From the NCBI RefSeq assembly GCF_004010195.1, contig NC_057718.1:18197728-18249656 (forward strand): a stretch of DNA of 51,929 nucleotides. Direction: 5' to 3'. Positions 11,530 through 24,700 of the stretch are shown in pieces (position 1 is the stretch's first letter; each line of letters begins with the position of its first letter). This DNA is from Chiloscyllium plagiosum (taxonomy: Eukaryota). Made by a program: the position numbers and the translations under genes. The notes beneath the pieces are model-generated. The model was not told the origin of the DNA, did not search any database, and saw nothing but the letters and a program-made list of their open reading frames with translations.

Positions 11530-12370
11530 TGTGTTTTAGACAAAGATTGACAGAAAGCATGGACGAGATTCAACAAGAATCCTATTTATTACAAATAAAT
11601 TGATTCTAACCACTGAGATAGTGAATTGTCAACACATATCTTTACCAATCCACTTATGAACCCCCACCAACCCCTTCTACACAGACAGATGCATAGGTGA
11701 TATGGATAGAGGGAAAAACTGGAAAGGCAGATCAGTGGTCCTTTGTGTGCACAGCATTTGATGAGATGATCCTTTAGCTGATTAGAATGCTGCTTCTCGA
11801 TTTTCCTTCTCTGAATGTTTTCAATCATTTGCGTGAGGCACAGGGTGACTGGATCACACTCAGAAAGGTCTCAGAATTAATAATAAAAAGTTATAACTTA
11901 CAACAACTGATGAGGTGAAACAGACTGGCTATCTTCAGGCTTGAGATTTTTTTTAAATTCAGAACAGGAGCAGCTTCCCTTCCAGAGATCCAATGGTTTC
12001 TGACCCAAGCATTCACACTCCCAAGCTGTTCATCTACCTGGGAGCCAATCATTTAGTTGCAGCCAGGAGGCCTTTGCCATCCATAACTGGTCACTAGTCC
12101 ACAGACCAATCAGCTACCTACTGGTGGCCAAATCTCCTAAGTCTTCTCAAAACTCGCTAATCTCCTATTGTACACAGCTCCCTGGCATCAGCTCATCTGG
12201 ATCTTGGCTTGTCCCACTGCTTGTACAAACAACTGTGTGAATAGCACTTACAATGAGTGTCAGGTAATCTGCTCTTACGAAGTGCAGTAATCATTCAACG
12301 ATCCTTAGTATTGCCGCCAGTCTTTTTCCCATTTTAGTCCACAATACAAAATACAAAAAAAAAGAAGTGT
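11530..12370 (-). mobile_element. Possible LTR-like sequence
   Basis: Several CCAAT motifs, minus-strand AATAAA at about 11585, start resembles 43567; no TSD found. Confidence 0.25.
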
Positions 12371-12449
12371 ACGGTCTTTTCGTTTCCTAGATCAAGGCTG
12401 TACAATGTGCAGCTCAAGAGACTCACGCTGCTCTTTAATATCTCATTTA

Positions 12450-15400
12450 CGGCTGCCAAATATTTCCATTTGGATCGCATTAACATGAAAAACTCCTAAA
12501 AATACTAAGTAAAGAAAAGTAATAGCTGTGTTTTTGTTGTGGGAATAAAGGTTAATCATTACGCTGTACTTTACAGTTTCAAATGATTATTTTAACTGAA
12601 AACATCATTGTGCTCGAAGTAACCCAGTTTGAGCGGTATAACTACACCATAGTTACAGATAAAGCCTTTTGTTCAAGGGACAGCCTTCATGATTGTGATC
12701 ATTACTGCCTCTAAAATAGCTGAGACCATAAATCATTTTGCATGTGCTTTATACAAGCTCTTTGTTATCATGAGAATCAATAGTTGAAAATACAACTTTA
12801 GTTCCAAACATCTTGAGTAAAAGTTTGGATTAAAGTTGACATTATTGACAAAATTACAGTTGAGAAACAATTTTTAAAAACCCAGTCCAGACATAGGTCT
12901 ATTTTGAGTTGCAGATTTTCTTTTCAATTAATACATTAATTTAACCAATGTGCTTATTTACAATTGGGACATATTAACCATTCCATCAGGCACGCTTGAC
13001 AATTTGCCAAGTATTTGGTTCAGAAATGGCAAATTTTATCCTTGAGGCTCTCGATAGTTCTTCGGCAATTTGTTAATAAGGATCTTCAGGTTTAAAAGGT
13101 TGTTGCGTCTTTCCCTAGACAGCTCCCCTTGCTTCGCTGGCAGAATGCCAATAGGGTGTGAATGAAGTCCACATAGGACACCAGTCCTTTCTACTGTCGA
13201 GGTGAAATGTTGTGTTGCTCTTGGTATCATTTCTGATTCCTTTGAGGGTCCATCAAATAGGAGCTCATTGTAACCTTTTGTTCTTGTTCATGTACCATCA
13301 GTTCTGTCCATCATGTTCTGCGTGTCTATGTGATCGGAAGTGCTATAACTGCTGCCAAAGAGAACCTTCAGCATACTCACATCTGCTGCAGTCTGTCTTT
13401 ACATAAGTGCATTGAAGCAAGAGATGCACAGTGAATAAATATAACAGTGATTTGAGCAAGGTTGAAGGACAGTGGAGAGCATTAATTGTTGAAAGATTAG
13501 AGCAAAAACATCACAGGTTCAGATTTTTACAGGGAAGCGGTGAGGGAAAGGGTGTGGGAGTGTGTGGGGGCTGCATGTCTCAGGAAAACTTGGAAAGACC
13601 AGGAAGACGGATGGCCTTTTGAGTTTAAGGACCAGGGCATTTCTGTTTCACTCCACTTCCTGCTCAGCTGCCATCCGGTTTGAGAGGAGAATCCCCAGCA
13701 TTTGACAAAAGGCAAGGAATGTGAGGGAATGAGAGAAGGATCCTGGTGGATGAAAGAAAAAAATGAAGAACATTCTGAAGATCAGAGGACAGGACAAAAT
13801 GCAGATTTGTCAAATGCTCATATGGGAGGGTGTTTCCTTTCTGTAGGTGATTAACAGAGTTAACATTTCAAATCTAATATCACTCTTCTTCAAAAGTGTC
13901 CCAAACAAAACTGATATCGGGCTTGAAACGTTAACTCTGGCTCTCTCTCCACACACGCTGCCAAACTTGTTACTCCAGCACTTTCTGTTTTTATTTCAGA
14001 TTTCCAGCACCTGCAGCTTTTTGCTTTTATCTATGGGACGTTTCTGTGCAGTCGTAGCATTTTCATGACAAGAGCCTTTTTGGCAAAGTGATAAACAGCT
14101 GCAGGTGGAGTGCCTTCCGACAATTGCTCAGAGGCTGGATTGTACTGACTACTAAGAGCTAGAGCTTTTAATACAGCAGTCCTTCTTAGGTAGTTGGAAT
14201 TTTCCAATGCAAATTTAATGTTGCTATGTTCAAAGTCCTCCATATGTTGGACTTTAAAGTACCCCTCAGTTCAAGAAGCTCAATGCTTGCTTCTTAAGCA
14301 ATCTTGAGTGCTTCCATGGCCAAGTAATGGGACTCAACTTTATACTTCAGTTAGCTTCTTGTGGATTAATAATCTCTAACTGTTCAATATTGGCTTCTTC
14401 CAGTTTAGAGTTAAGGGTTTTCTTCCTCCCTGGATGGTTTTTCACAATCTGCTTTCAATTATTGCGCCAAGCCACTGAAATAAACAAACGTATCTCTTTG
14501 TTACCTCCTGCAACGAAAAAATGCTTCTTAAGAAAATATCAGAATGCTCACCTACATTATTTTTTGAGTCAAAGGCTGACGAAAGATCCCAGTCCTCTTC
14601 ATCAAATAGATCATCATTAGTTGTGTCATTACCTTCTACTATTAAGGCACAGAACTTCATCTTGCAGATAATCGCTGTCATCCTCAGTATATTCTGTTCC
14701 AATTTCTTTAACCCTTCTTTGAAAAGAAGTGAAAGATCCACATCATCCTTCTGTGATAATGTTTCATCAATAAAGTCTGATTTATTGAGAATTGAATCGA
14801 CTTCAATCTCTACTGCAGTTGATGAGTAAAGGTGTTTACACATAGGCCTCTGCTAAATAAAGATCAGTACTAATTAGGAATGATATATTGGATAAAAATA
14901 ACATTGTTTACTCAACAGAGCTGGATGTGTAGCTTTGTCCCATTACAGTGAATCTGACTTTGTAGTCTTGTTGTAGTTTTTCCTGCACTTTGAAGGTTGA
15001 TGGAAGATATTTAGTGGACAAATTTAGGTTTCAAACATAGTTTTGAATGGAAAAAAATCGATGTATATGCCCCCTTATCCATGTTAAACTCTTTCTACTA
15101 ACCCTGATATTTGCCATTTTTCCCAATAAGTTCTTGTAGTATTTAGTTTATTTGGAATTATCTACTGTTCAACTTTCATCCTATAGACAGAAGTCTCCAA
15201 TTGCTGTTTTGAACAGTCATCCTAAAGTAGCTTATCTTATGTCATGTGCTGACATTCAGCATTGTTGGTTGGGCATGGTTGGCATTGATATGAGAGCTTT
15301 CCTACCACAACATGGACAAGAGGCAAAAGTGGGAGTAGCGCCCTCTTCCTACTGTGGCTTCTCCCTTACTAACCCCTCTGGTTATCAAACTAGATTGAGT

Positions 15401-16345
15401 GAGAGTCAGTGTTCTGACCCCATAAGAATTTCCTATCTCCTCAAATCAGATGTCAGTCCTGTTTGCAAAATTCAGGCTGTCTGGAGAGGTGCCCTGCTTT
15501 TGGTAATGTAAATTCTTCTGCAGGCAGCAAATGTTCCAATGGAGTTTCATCCAGCACCCTTTCTTTGATGCATCCCATTTGAGTTTGTCTTACAAAGTTC
15601 CATCTTGGTAGTTACCTGTGGGCTGGCTCAAATCATTTATAAAAGAACCAAAAATTTCCACTGGCTCTTAGTTGTAACAATTAAACTTTGCAAGGTCCAC
15701 AATTATGTTTCACTTTAAACTGAAATGGGAGTCGCAACGCCATACTTTGCAGTTTCTTCTTCCATGTCTTGCCTGATGAGAATGTCATAAAGTAGTGCAT
15801 TGGCTTAGTAATTGTCAGGCTTCTTATTGAGGCCTGAGACAATGAAATCTCTGCTAAACCTTTGGCCTCAGTTATACATGGTCTGGTCAATGCCCACCGT
15901 GTGGAGGGTCTATGTATTTGCTAATTGGGCTACGGTGAAGGAAAGCTTTCCCTTTCCACTACCTTTTTCAAGATTGCCAGGTTGCCTACGTTGTGCAATT
16001 TCCATTTTTGTAAAGACCTTGAATCTTCAATAAAGCATTACTCACAGCGGGTGACTGGCTTTCCTGACCCTTGCTATCTTCCCTGCTATGGGGTTTTGCT
16101 GCACTTTGCCTGTGTTGTGTGGGAGTTTTGGCTCTGTGTTCTGGTGCCATGGTGGACTTTGAATTCTTTCACTAGCAGCACTCTAATGCCGCTGGCCTAG
16201 CCTTCAGGTTTTATTCCACTTCTATGCTTTGGTCACTTGATTGATACCATGCTTCATTCAGAGCAGTGTACTGGCAGTGGCCTACACTTCAGGTGTTCTT
16301 TGTTGCTTGTCTCTGGTTCCAATCGTCTGGATACTGCTGCCACCA
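12450..16345 (-). mobile_element. Highly decayed Gypsy LTR retrotransposon internal region (gag-pol relic)
   Basis: PBS-like TGGTGGCAGC (16345-16336) directly after ...CTACA; gag relic 'QRFSRDFIVSGL...NALLY...NIIVDLAKFN...FINDL...EEFTLPKA'; weaker pol relics 'EHSDIF', 'KLEEANIEQLEIINP', 'NHEGCP'. Confidence 0.65.
13785..14030. mobile_element. Fold-back Penelope-derived element inserted in the Gypsy relic
   Basis: Right arm 'gaaacgttaactctggctctctctccacacacgctgccaaac...tcagatttccagcacctgcag'. Confidence 0.65.
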
Positions 16346-16414
16346 TGTAGTAAAATCAGGCCTACACCCGTAAGTCAGAATTAAAAGGTTTCATTAAACA
16401 GAACTGTAAACTGG

Positions 16415-16780
16415 CGAGTGTTGAGAAGATTTGTGGCTCAAGTTGAGGTTCTGGATGTAGGTTTGCTTGCTGAGCTGGAAGGTTCATTTTCAGATGTTTC
16501 GACTGGGACAACACATCCATCCATGCGTGAGAATTCCTAGAAGTATAGCATTCCAACCAGAACTCTATCCCATTTACCATCCCCTGAAAGAAAGAACAGG
16601 AAATGACATCACCATAACAAATGACATCACCACCGGAAATAACATAACCAACCCAAGGAAACCCAAACATATAAATAGAAAGCAGACTACACCACCAGTG
16701 CTTCATCCGGCAGCTCACCGAAGATGTTACCTAGTATGGTGACGAAGCATCTGAAAATGAACCTTCCAGCTCAGCTCGGG
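16415..16780. mobile_element. Penelope-like element (second family) with inverted end
   Basis: 'gctgagctggaaggttcattttcagatg' vs 'catctgaaaatgaaccttccagctcagc' are inverted; PLE-like 'ELYPIYHPL'; repeated aaatgacatcacca. Confidence 0.7.
16715..16754 (+). ncRNA. Hammerhead motif, family 2, mutated
   Basis: uca-CcGAAGAU-GUUACC-uaguau-GGUGAC-GAAgCaUC-uga; stems I and II pair. Confidence 0.5.
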
Positions 16781-17009
16781 CTGGTAAGAAAGAACATCAC
16801 TGTATATGGATGTTCCAACTCTATGTGATTACTGTGACACAGCTCCTCAGACACATGTTCAGCAACTATTCTTTGAGTAAAGATAATCCACAGTTCTGTT
16901 CTTTTATCGTGCCTTCGTAGAAGATGCAGAATGTTACTTCTCAGCTTTTACACTCAGATCCACCCATCCTCAAATTTGGAATTTTCTTTCTAATTTTGTA
17001 ATTACTGAA

Positions 17010-18012
17010 CATTTGATTTGATTTATTATTGCCACATGTACCGAGATACAATGAAAGGTATTGTTTTGTGTGCTAACCCGACAAATCTGAGGAAAAGCAC
17101 TCTTAATAACTAAAGAATGAAAGCGAAATTAATTTACTTCATACTATGTAAATTCAAAACTGAAGCTTCACAAATTAAATTATTTTCTAGTAAAAAAAAG
17201 AGCAGCATAGTGGCTCAGTGGTTAGCACTGTTGCCTCACAGCACCAGGGACCCGGGTTCGATTCCAGCGTCAGGGAACTATCTAAGTGGAGTTTGCACAT
17301 TCTCCCTGTGTCTGCGTGGGTGTGCTCCGGTTTCCTCCCATAATCCAAAGACGTGCAGGTTAGGTGAATTGGCCATGTTAAATTGCCCATAGTTTTCAGG
17401 GATGTGTAGGTTAGGTGCATTAGTCAGGGCTAAATATAGGATAATAGGGTAGGGGAATGGGTCTGGATGGGTTACTCTTTGGAAGATGTGGACTTTTGGG
17501 CCAAAGGGCCTGTTTATCTTTCCTTACACAACAAAATCAGGGTAATAGAACAGAATACAGAATGTAGTGTTACAGCCACAGAGATGGTGTAGAAAAAGAT
17601 CAACTCAAATCTGTGAGAGGTTTGTTCGTAAGTCTGATAACAGTGGGGAAGAAGCTGTTCTTAAATCTGTTGTTGCATGTTTTACGTGACGTCACTGAAT
17701 GGGAGACTGGTGTGCATGATAGACTGAGCTATATTCACATCTCCCTGTACTTTCTTTCAGTCTTGGGCAGAGTAGTTGCCATACCACACTGTGATGCATC
17801 CGGATAGGATGTTTTCTGTGGTGCATCTGTAAAAATTGTTAAGCGTCGTTGCGGACATGTCGAATTTCCTTCACCTGCTGATGAAGCAGATGTGTTTTCT
17901 TGACTGTAATGTCAATGTGGATGGATCAAGATGGGTCATTGGCAATATTTACTCCAAGGTACTTGAAGCTCTTGACCATTTTCTCTTCAGCACTATTGTT
18001 ACAGACAGGGGC
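17010..18012 (-). mobile_element. Rex1/Babar LINE 3' portion, interrupted at about 17090-17520
   Basis: Tail 'atttgatttgatttattattgccacatgtacc' and 'cagtggggaagaagctgttcttaaatctg' are reverse complements of the 10800-11195 copy. Confidence 0.75.
17201..17515 (+). mobile_element. HE1-type V-SINE
   Basis: A box 'tggctcagtggtt', B box 'ggttcgattcc', V-domain 'gtggagtttgcacattctccctgtgtctgcgtggg', HER1-like tail. Confidence 0.9.
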
Positions 18013-18496
18013 ATGTCGGAAGTGGGGACAAAATTGCTCCGTAATTTTGAAGCAAGTGATTTAAAGTGTTTTTTCATTTGTTGAGAAAGTATGTGTGTTT
18101 GAAAATTACGGCCTGAGCTTGATAATCTTGGGATCCTGGATCTAATGGAGATGGTGATATAAAGCTCGTACTGTTCTGCATGATTTTATGACTCTATGAA
18201 ATCTCCAAATGCAAGCATTACAACACATTTCCATTGTGCTCCATCACACACCAGCACACATCCCCCCCCGGCATTGAATCTCCATCCCTCTGTAACCCTC
18301 CACATAAACTTGAGCTCATCTAAAACTCTATTGTTTGCATCTTGCTATGCACCAAGTCCCATCCACCCACATGCCTGTGCTCACAGACCTACACTGCCTT
18401 CCAGGCCAGCAAGAGTTCATCTTGAATTGAGATTGGATCGGCTGGGCTTGTTTTCCTTGGAGCAGAGGAGGCTGATGGGTATCTGATTGAGGATTG

Positions 18497-18836
18497 GGGT
18501 GACACAGTGGCTCAGTGGTTAGCACTGCTGCCTCACAGCTCCAGTGACCCGGGTTCGATTCCACTCTCGGGTGAGTGTCTGTGTGGAGTTTGCACATTCT
18601 CTCAAGTGTCTGCATGGGTTTCCTCCGGGTGCTCCGGTTTCCTCCCACATTCCAAAGATGTGCAGGTTAGTTGGATTGGCTATGTTAAATCGCCCGTAGT
18701 GTCCAGACATGTGCAGGCTGTGTGGATTAGCCAGGGGAAAGAAGGGAGAGGTTGGTCTGAGTGGATGTTCTTTGGGGAGTCAGTGTGGACTTGTTAGGCT
18801 GAAAGGCTTATTTCCACACTGTAAGAATTCTATGAT
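18497..18836 (+). mobile_element. HE1-type V-SINE, full length
   Basis: A/B boxes, V-domain, tail 'tttccacactgtaagaattctatga'. Confidence 0.9.
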
Positions 18837-18839
18837 CTA

Positions 18840-19665
18840 GTCTAAGCATCTGAATGAATACATTCATTCAGGGTGTAGTAGGCTATGGACCAAGTGCAGG
18901 TAAGTGGGATTAATGTATTTTGATTTTTGTTGGTTGGCATAGACAGAGTTGACCAAAGGCACTGTTTCTATGCTGTATGACTCAGCATAGTCATTGAGTA
19001 AATTAGGAGGAGATAGACAGATGTTTAATTCGTAATGAATTCAAGGGCTATGGAGAGTGGGCAGGGAAAGAGTTGAGGCTGATATGAGATCAGCCATGAT
19101 CGTATCAAATGTGGAGCAGATGGAGGGGCTGAACAGCCCCAGTTCTCATACTCTGATGTTTTTACATTCATCAGACCTTTGACTTGTTCACACTACTGTA
19201 AAGATGTTTTAGCTGAAAGTATTATTAGAAATGTAGAGGGCATGCAGAGGAGGTTCACCAGGATGTTGCCTGGGATGGAACATCTCAGCTCTGAAGAGAG
19301 GCTGGATAAGCTTGGGTTGTTTTGTCTGGAGCAGAGGAGAGAACCTGACAGAGATTATGAGGAGTGTGGACAGGGTGAATAGAAAGCAGCTATTCCCATA
19401 GTGGAAGCGTCAAGATCAAGGGGCACACTTTTAAAGTGAATGGCAGGAGGTTTAGAGGGGATTTGAAGAAAAGGGTTTTCACTGAGCGTGTGGTAGGCGT
19501 CTGGAATGTACTGCCTGGGAGGGTAGTTGAGGAGGGAGACCTACCACCTTTAAAAATTACTTTCATGAACATGTGAAATGTCATAACATTCAAGACTATG
19601 AGTCTAGTGCAGGAAAGTGAGATTACTGTAGGAGGTAGTGTATTTGTGGTGGTACAAATATGATG
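18840..19665 (+). mobile_element. Cluster of CR1 LINE 3' fragments
   Basis: 'VEGMQRRFTRMLPGMEHLSSEERLDKLGLFCLEQRR' (19230-19340) plus tails at 18840-18985 and 18990-19160. Confidence 0.75.
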
Positions 19666-19709
19666 CCTAACTGATAGTGTGGCGAACAGAGCTACACACA
19701 TTATTCTGT

Positions 19710-20465
19710 CTATGGCTGAAACAATGTTTTGAAAAGTTGTATCCACTGCATTCTGCGGTTGGAATTCCACAGATTCACAATGCTTTGACAGAAGCAATTT
19801 CTCCTTATATCTGTTTAAAATCTAACACCCCTTCTCCTAAAACTATAACATTTTGTTCTAGATTGTCCCACATGAGGAAACATCCTTTCTACTATTTGTT
19901 TTGTCAGTTGCCTTATATACCTTATATCTTATATACCTCAGTTGGATCTCCTCTTTTTCTCCTAAGCTCCAGGACTAAACTGCTCAACCTCTCTTCATAA
20001 AGACAATCCCGCCATCTCTGGAATCAGTCTAGTGAACCTGATCTGAACTGTCCCCAATGCAACAGTATCTTTCCTCAAGTAAGGGGACCAAACTGTATGA
20101 AATACTCCAGGTATTATCTTGTACAGTTGGAGTAACACTTCCCTGCTTTTGTACTGTATTCCTTTCACATGCTAACATTCTACTTACCTTCCTCATTACC
20201 TGCTGTACCTGCATACTCGTTTCTGCTATTCTTGTATAAGGACATCAAGAATCCCCTGTACTGAAGCACTCTGAAGTTTGTCTCTATTTTGGTGATAAGT
20301 TAGCTTTTTATTCCTCTGACTAAAATGGATAACCTCAGAGTTAACAGCATTAAACTTAATCAGATAAATTTTGGCCATTCAACCAATCTGTCCATATCCA
20401 TTTAAAAATTTCCTTTTCCTTCATTGCAACTTACTTTTCCACATATTCTTGAATCATCTGCAAAT
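19710..20465 (-). mobile_element. Older CR1 LINE ORF2 3' portion
   Basis: 'IVKFADDSRICGKV', 'QVQQVMRKVSRMLA'. Confidence 0.75.
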
Positions 20466-21152
20466 TTGACTATAGAGTTGAGACAATGGGCAGGATTTTC
20501 CCATGTCAGTGTGGGGCCCATGTGGATAAGATGGGCTTTGAAGATGGCTTTCAGGTACCCACATCTGAGACTCCGGTCTTCAGCAATGTTCATCAGGGTG
20601 AGATAAGGAGGCATTTCAGGAACCCACGTGCTGTCTCTATAAAGTTGTCGGTGCCATTGCAAAAGTGAATATTTCCCAACCATCCGGAACTTTGATGAGG
20701 GAGGGCTGGCTTTCCTGGGTACAGAGGTGCATGACCCCTGGGTGAATCATGGCTTTAAGGCAAGAACCAAATGGAAAATATTGTATAATTCGTATGTCAT
20801 ACTGAAATGTGGGACTCAAGTGATGTGTCTTTTACTGAGATTAATCCCCGTGTTTTGATTCAAAAGTTAAATGATTATTAAATAATCTGGTTGCCAGATT
20901 GCTAATTCAGGTAACTGACAAACCCCCCAGAGGAAGGACATCATTGGGAAACTGGGAATGCATTCCTATGTGATAGTGTACAGGATAAAGTGCTACTCTG
21001 CACTGCACACTATTGACATGTTTTGGCATGTTTGCATAAAGTAAGATACACATGCATTAGAGATAATTAGTGAGGTTGATAGCTGGAATGAGCAGATTGT
21101 TTTAAGGGAATCGATTGATTAGGGATGGGCTTACTTTCCCTGGAGTTTAGAA

Positions 21153-21540
21153 GGTGGGGTAGGGGAAATGAGGAAACTGGTGGAGTCCCCTCCACCCACC
21201 TAATCCCAGTTCCAAACTTCCAATTCGGCACCGCCCTCATGACCTGTCCTACCTGTCCATCTTCCTTCCCACCTATACGTTCCATCCTCCTCTCCTACCT
21301 TGCACCATTTCCCCCACCTCCATCTTCCTACTGAACTCTCAGTTACCTCCCCCCCAGCCTCACCTCCCCCCTTCCCATTTATCTCACCACCCCCTTGGCT
21401 CTCAGCCTCATTCCCACTCAACGGTTTTTGCCCTAAACGTCGATTCTCCTGCTCCTCAGATGCTGCCTGACCTGATGTGCTTTCCCAGCAACACACTCTC
21501 AACTCTGATCTCCAGCATCTGCAGTCCTCACTTTTGCCTC
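21153..21540 (+). mobile_element. Penelope pLTR fragment with short inverted 5' piece
   Basis: 21153-21186 is the reverse complement of pLTR sequence (compare 49445-49475); the rest matches 50515-50860. Confidence 0.75.
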
Positions 21541-21751
21541 GCAAGAGTGAGGGATGGTTTGTTTGAAGTTTATAAGATCCTGAATGACGTTGACAATATG
21601 AAAAGGATATTTCAGATGCTGCCTGACCTGATGTGCTTTCCCAGCAACACACTCTCAACTCTGATCTCCAGCATCTGCAGTCCTCACTTTTGCCTCGTTT
21701 GTTTGAAGTTTATACGATCCTGAATGACGTTGACAATATGAAAAGGATATT
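21456..21751. repeat. Tandem duplication, 156 bp + 140 bp
   Basis: Copies start at 21456 and 21612; the second lacks 16 bp (gcaagagtgagggatg) and differs by one substitution. Confidence 0.95.
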
Positions 21752-24700
21752 TATGTTTTTTTGTACTCTTACTTGATGCCAAAAGTAAGGAACACTTATT
21801 TAAAATTAGGAAGCAACATTTTAAGAGACATGAGAGGAAATTCTATCTTTGAGAGGGTTGTGCATCTTTGGAATGCTTTGTCTGTGAAGGAGGTAGGACA
21901 TTGAATATTTTTAAGTTGGAAGTAAATAGGGATTCTTGTTAGGCAAGGGATTCAAAGATTATCCAGGGTAGTGGGAATGTTGAATTCTGAACAGATCAGT
22001 TAAATGCCAGAGCAGGTTTGAAGGGAAAATAGCCTACTCTGCCCCTAATTCATATGTTTGTGTGTCCATAAATCTAGATATAATTATGTGAAGTTTCCCC
22101 ACTGCTTTAGTTTCTCCCTGAGTTTTCAGCTCAGCCATCTATTTAGCAGTTTTAAAGCTTTTCAAAGGCTTGCAAAAGTCATTATAAGGCTTGTGGATTC
22201 TGTTTACGGTAACTACTCATTAAGTGGGTCAAGGGGTTACGGTGGCGTGAGAGACATATGGGGGTGATGTGCGTTATGGGGGTGTAGGAGGGTGACTGAG
22301 ATATGGGGCTGTACATAATGAGAATTAGGGAGTTCTCATAATCATTTCCAGAACAGAGCCAATGTCTCACGGAATGGATGAAGCCCTTTTACTCTGCTGC
22401 CCAGGCATTGGCCTTCCATGAATCTACTTTGGGCTTATTGTCAGAGGTGGTTAGCCCCACAATACCTTGCTCCTGGATGAAAATAATGGTGGCAGGCACT
22501 GCTGGATAGGAGGTCCAATTATAACTTTGGAAAATCCTTTGACTCCCAATTTCTTCTCAGCAATGAATCTCTGGTCCAATAAATCTAGATTGAAACTGCA
22601 ATGCTGATATTACTGATATAGTAAGGCAATAGGTTGAGTATTATGGGCATGAAACAGGCCCTATGTATTGAAAGCTCTGGTAATGGGTTTCTTCTTTCCT
22701 TGTCCATTTGAAATTCCTCTGGGAATGTGTGAAAATCACAGGGACTGGCTGAAAACTCAACACCAATTGTTAAAATTACAGGAAGGGGCCTTGAGTGGTG
22801 TGTGATTACTGAGGATTTACTGCACCCTTTAGGCCTTGATTTCTCCTGGCAACCTACACCTCTCTAGCCCCCAGTCCCTTACCCATCCCCTCAATGCTGC
22901 AGTTAAGTGTTCTGATTATACTTGTACTGTTAGGGCCTCTGAAGCCTGTGGGAATTGGACTGTTGTCAGGCAAGGAAATGATCTGTGCAATTCTGCTCTT
23001 CCACGGGCAGCAACTAAAAGCTGATTTGCTCTGGTGCATAAGTCATGTACAACAAGGCACCTGTACTATAATTTTGTCTAGGAGATCCAATAAGCAAGAA
23101 AATAGCCAACTTAAAATAGTAAATAACCTAAGCGAGGCAGCTGAATATTGCTTTTTCCTCAGAAATGCACTGTCAAAATGGGAAAATTGGAAGTGCCGCA
23201 GACCCACGGGACAGGCAATGTCGAGTCTCGGCTAAAGCACCGAGTCGCTCAGTCCCCCAGCCCCATCTGTGCAGAGCAGCAGAGGCATTTTGTGTTAATG
23301 GAACAATTTATCAGGTCCACAGAGCACTGTTTATTTCTGACAAAGTATGTGTTCAGCGATCAGATGATGTCACTGCTGCGGATAAACATTCCTCTCTGGC
23401 TTTGCATGGGCCCTAGGGGCTGAGAATCAGACTGTGTTTTATGAAGTGACAGTGATGAGGTATTATTGGGAGGTGGGGGGGGGAGTGAGTAGGGGAGGGG
23501 GGAAGGGGAGGGCTCAGGAGGATGTGATGGTGGTTTTACTCTACGTCTTTCCAGCTATGGATCATTGAGACAGAGAAGCTGATACATTGGTGTGTATGCA
23601 AGCGAACAGGAACACATTCCTGGTCCTGAGCTTAATCTAAAGTGTGGCGCAAATATTATGTAAGGGCCAGTGTTCTGTGGTAAAGTATGAAGTGGTGGAA
23701 ATGGTCAGCAAATCATCGTCACACCAACCCATCTCACAGAGGCGGATGGACCTGCTCGACAATTTTATTTTCAGTTTTATTTCTGATTTTCAGAATTTGT
23801 GTTTCTTTAAAAAAAAATTATCTTTAACATTATCTTTAATTTTACCAGTTCTACATGCTAGAGACAGGCCCTTTTTTCTCAACTATATCAGTAGTTACAC
23901 TGTGCGTAAACTGCATCATCTCCCTCTTCATCTCACCCCCAACCAACATTTCCTCATCACTTTCTCTCACATACACATCTTGCGTTTCCCTTTAACTGAA
24001 TCCATAGTATTTGTCTCAACTTTTCCATATGTTTACATGTTCTACATTATAACTATTTTCCAGATAAGGGAGTTTTTCCTTGAATTTGCTCTAGGATTTA
24101 ATAAACTATCTTATTTTTAAGGCTCCTCGTTTTGGATTTTCCCATGAGTGTAAACATTCCTTCACAATTTAAAAAATATTCCAATTTTATGAATCATTCA
24201 ATTTTTTTCTCAGGGAAGTGTCCCAGTCAATTCTGAATTTTTCTGATAGTTGTAACCCCTCTGCTCCTTCTCAGGAATGCATTAGTTGATGTTGTACAAC
24301 GTGAGCTGATGTTATACCAGTTAACATTCACTACTAATGTTTTGAAAACCCAGCATTGACTTCCAGTGTTTAGTTACGAAGTGCTAATTTTTCATGGAGA
24401 TTAAAGAATGCAAATAATGAAACATCCCATGAACTGGCAGTGAATAGTGTCAGGATTAGTGGGGAAAATATGCTGTCCTGAAAGTAAACAGTCTTAACTT
24501 GTCTTTCTGTTTGATTCCTTCCATTTTAGATAGTATTGCTTGTTTTATTGTCTCTTCTGCAAAAGGAAAACTGCCATGAAATGTTTTATGATCCCAGCTG
24601 ATAGTGATACTGGACAGATCAGATCCCACATTGAAACCTGGCTTGATTTAATTTTTGTAATTGCTCGCTGTAGTAGTCAGTCAGTGAACATATTCATTCG

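Larger units (their letters stand above)
16346..16850 (-). mobile_element. Probable 5' LTR of the Gypsy relic, interrupted by a Penelope insertion
   Basis: Ends in ...TACA on the minus strand next to the PBS; outer boundary uncertain. Confidence 0.4.
21080..22060 (+). mobile_element. Old CR1 3' end split by a Penelope insertion and a tandem duplication
   Basis: 'GLLSLEFRR|RVRDGLFEVYKILN' is continuous across the insertion; CR1 tail at about 22030. Confidence 0.7.

Noticed and set aside
14031..14843. Endogenous viral element or orphan gene
   Set aside because: It lies co-oriented downstream of a PBS and Gypsy gag, at the expected pol position; a decayed Gypsy is the simpler explanation.
17201..17280. 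tRNA genes at SINE heads (also 18497)
   Set aside because: The A/B boxes run directly into SINE bodies; no complete cloverleaf with terminator.
20480..20750. GC-richer patches (also about 8200-8600, 13520-13760, 22220-22530, 31660-31960) as promoters
   Set aside because: CpG-depleted and resembling decayed DNA-transposon derivatives; too degenerate to call.
21456..21751. CRISPR-like repeat array
   Set aside because: Only two long copies, no spacers, eukaryotic TE-derived sequence.
23644..24120. 158-aa hydrophobic ORF
   Set aside because: It crosses a decayed fold-back element and an antisense CR1-like tail; T-rich composition explains the hydrophobicity.
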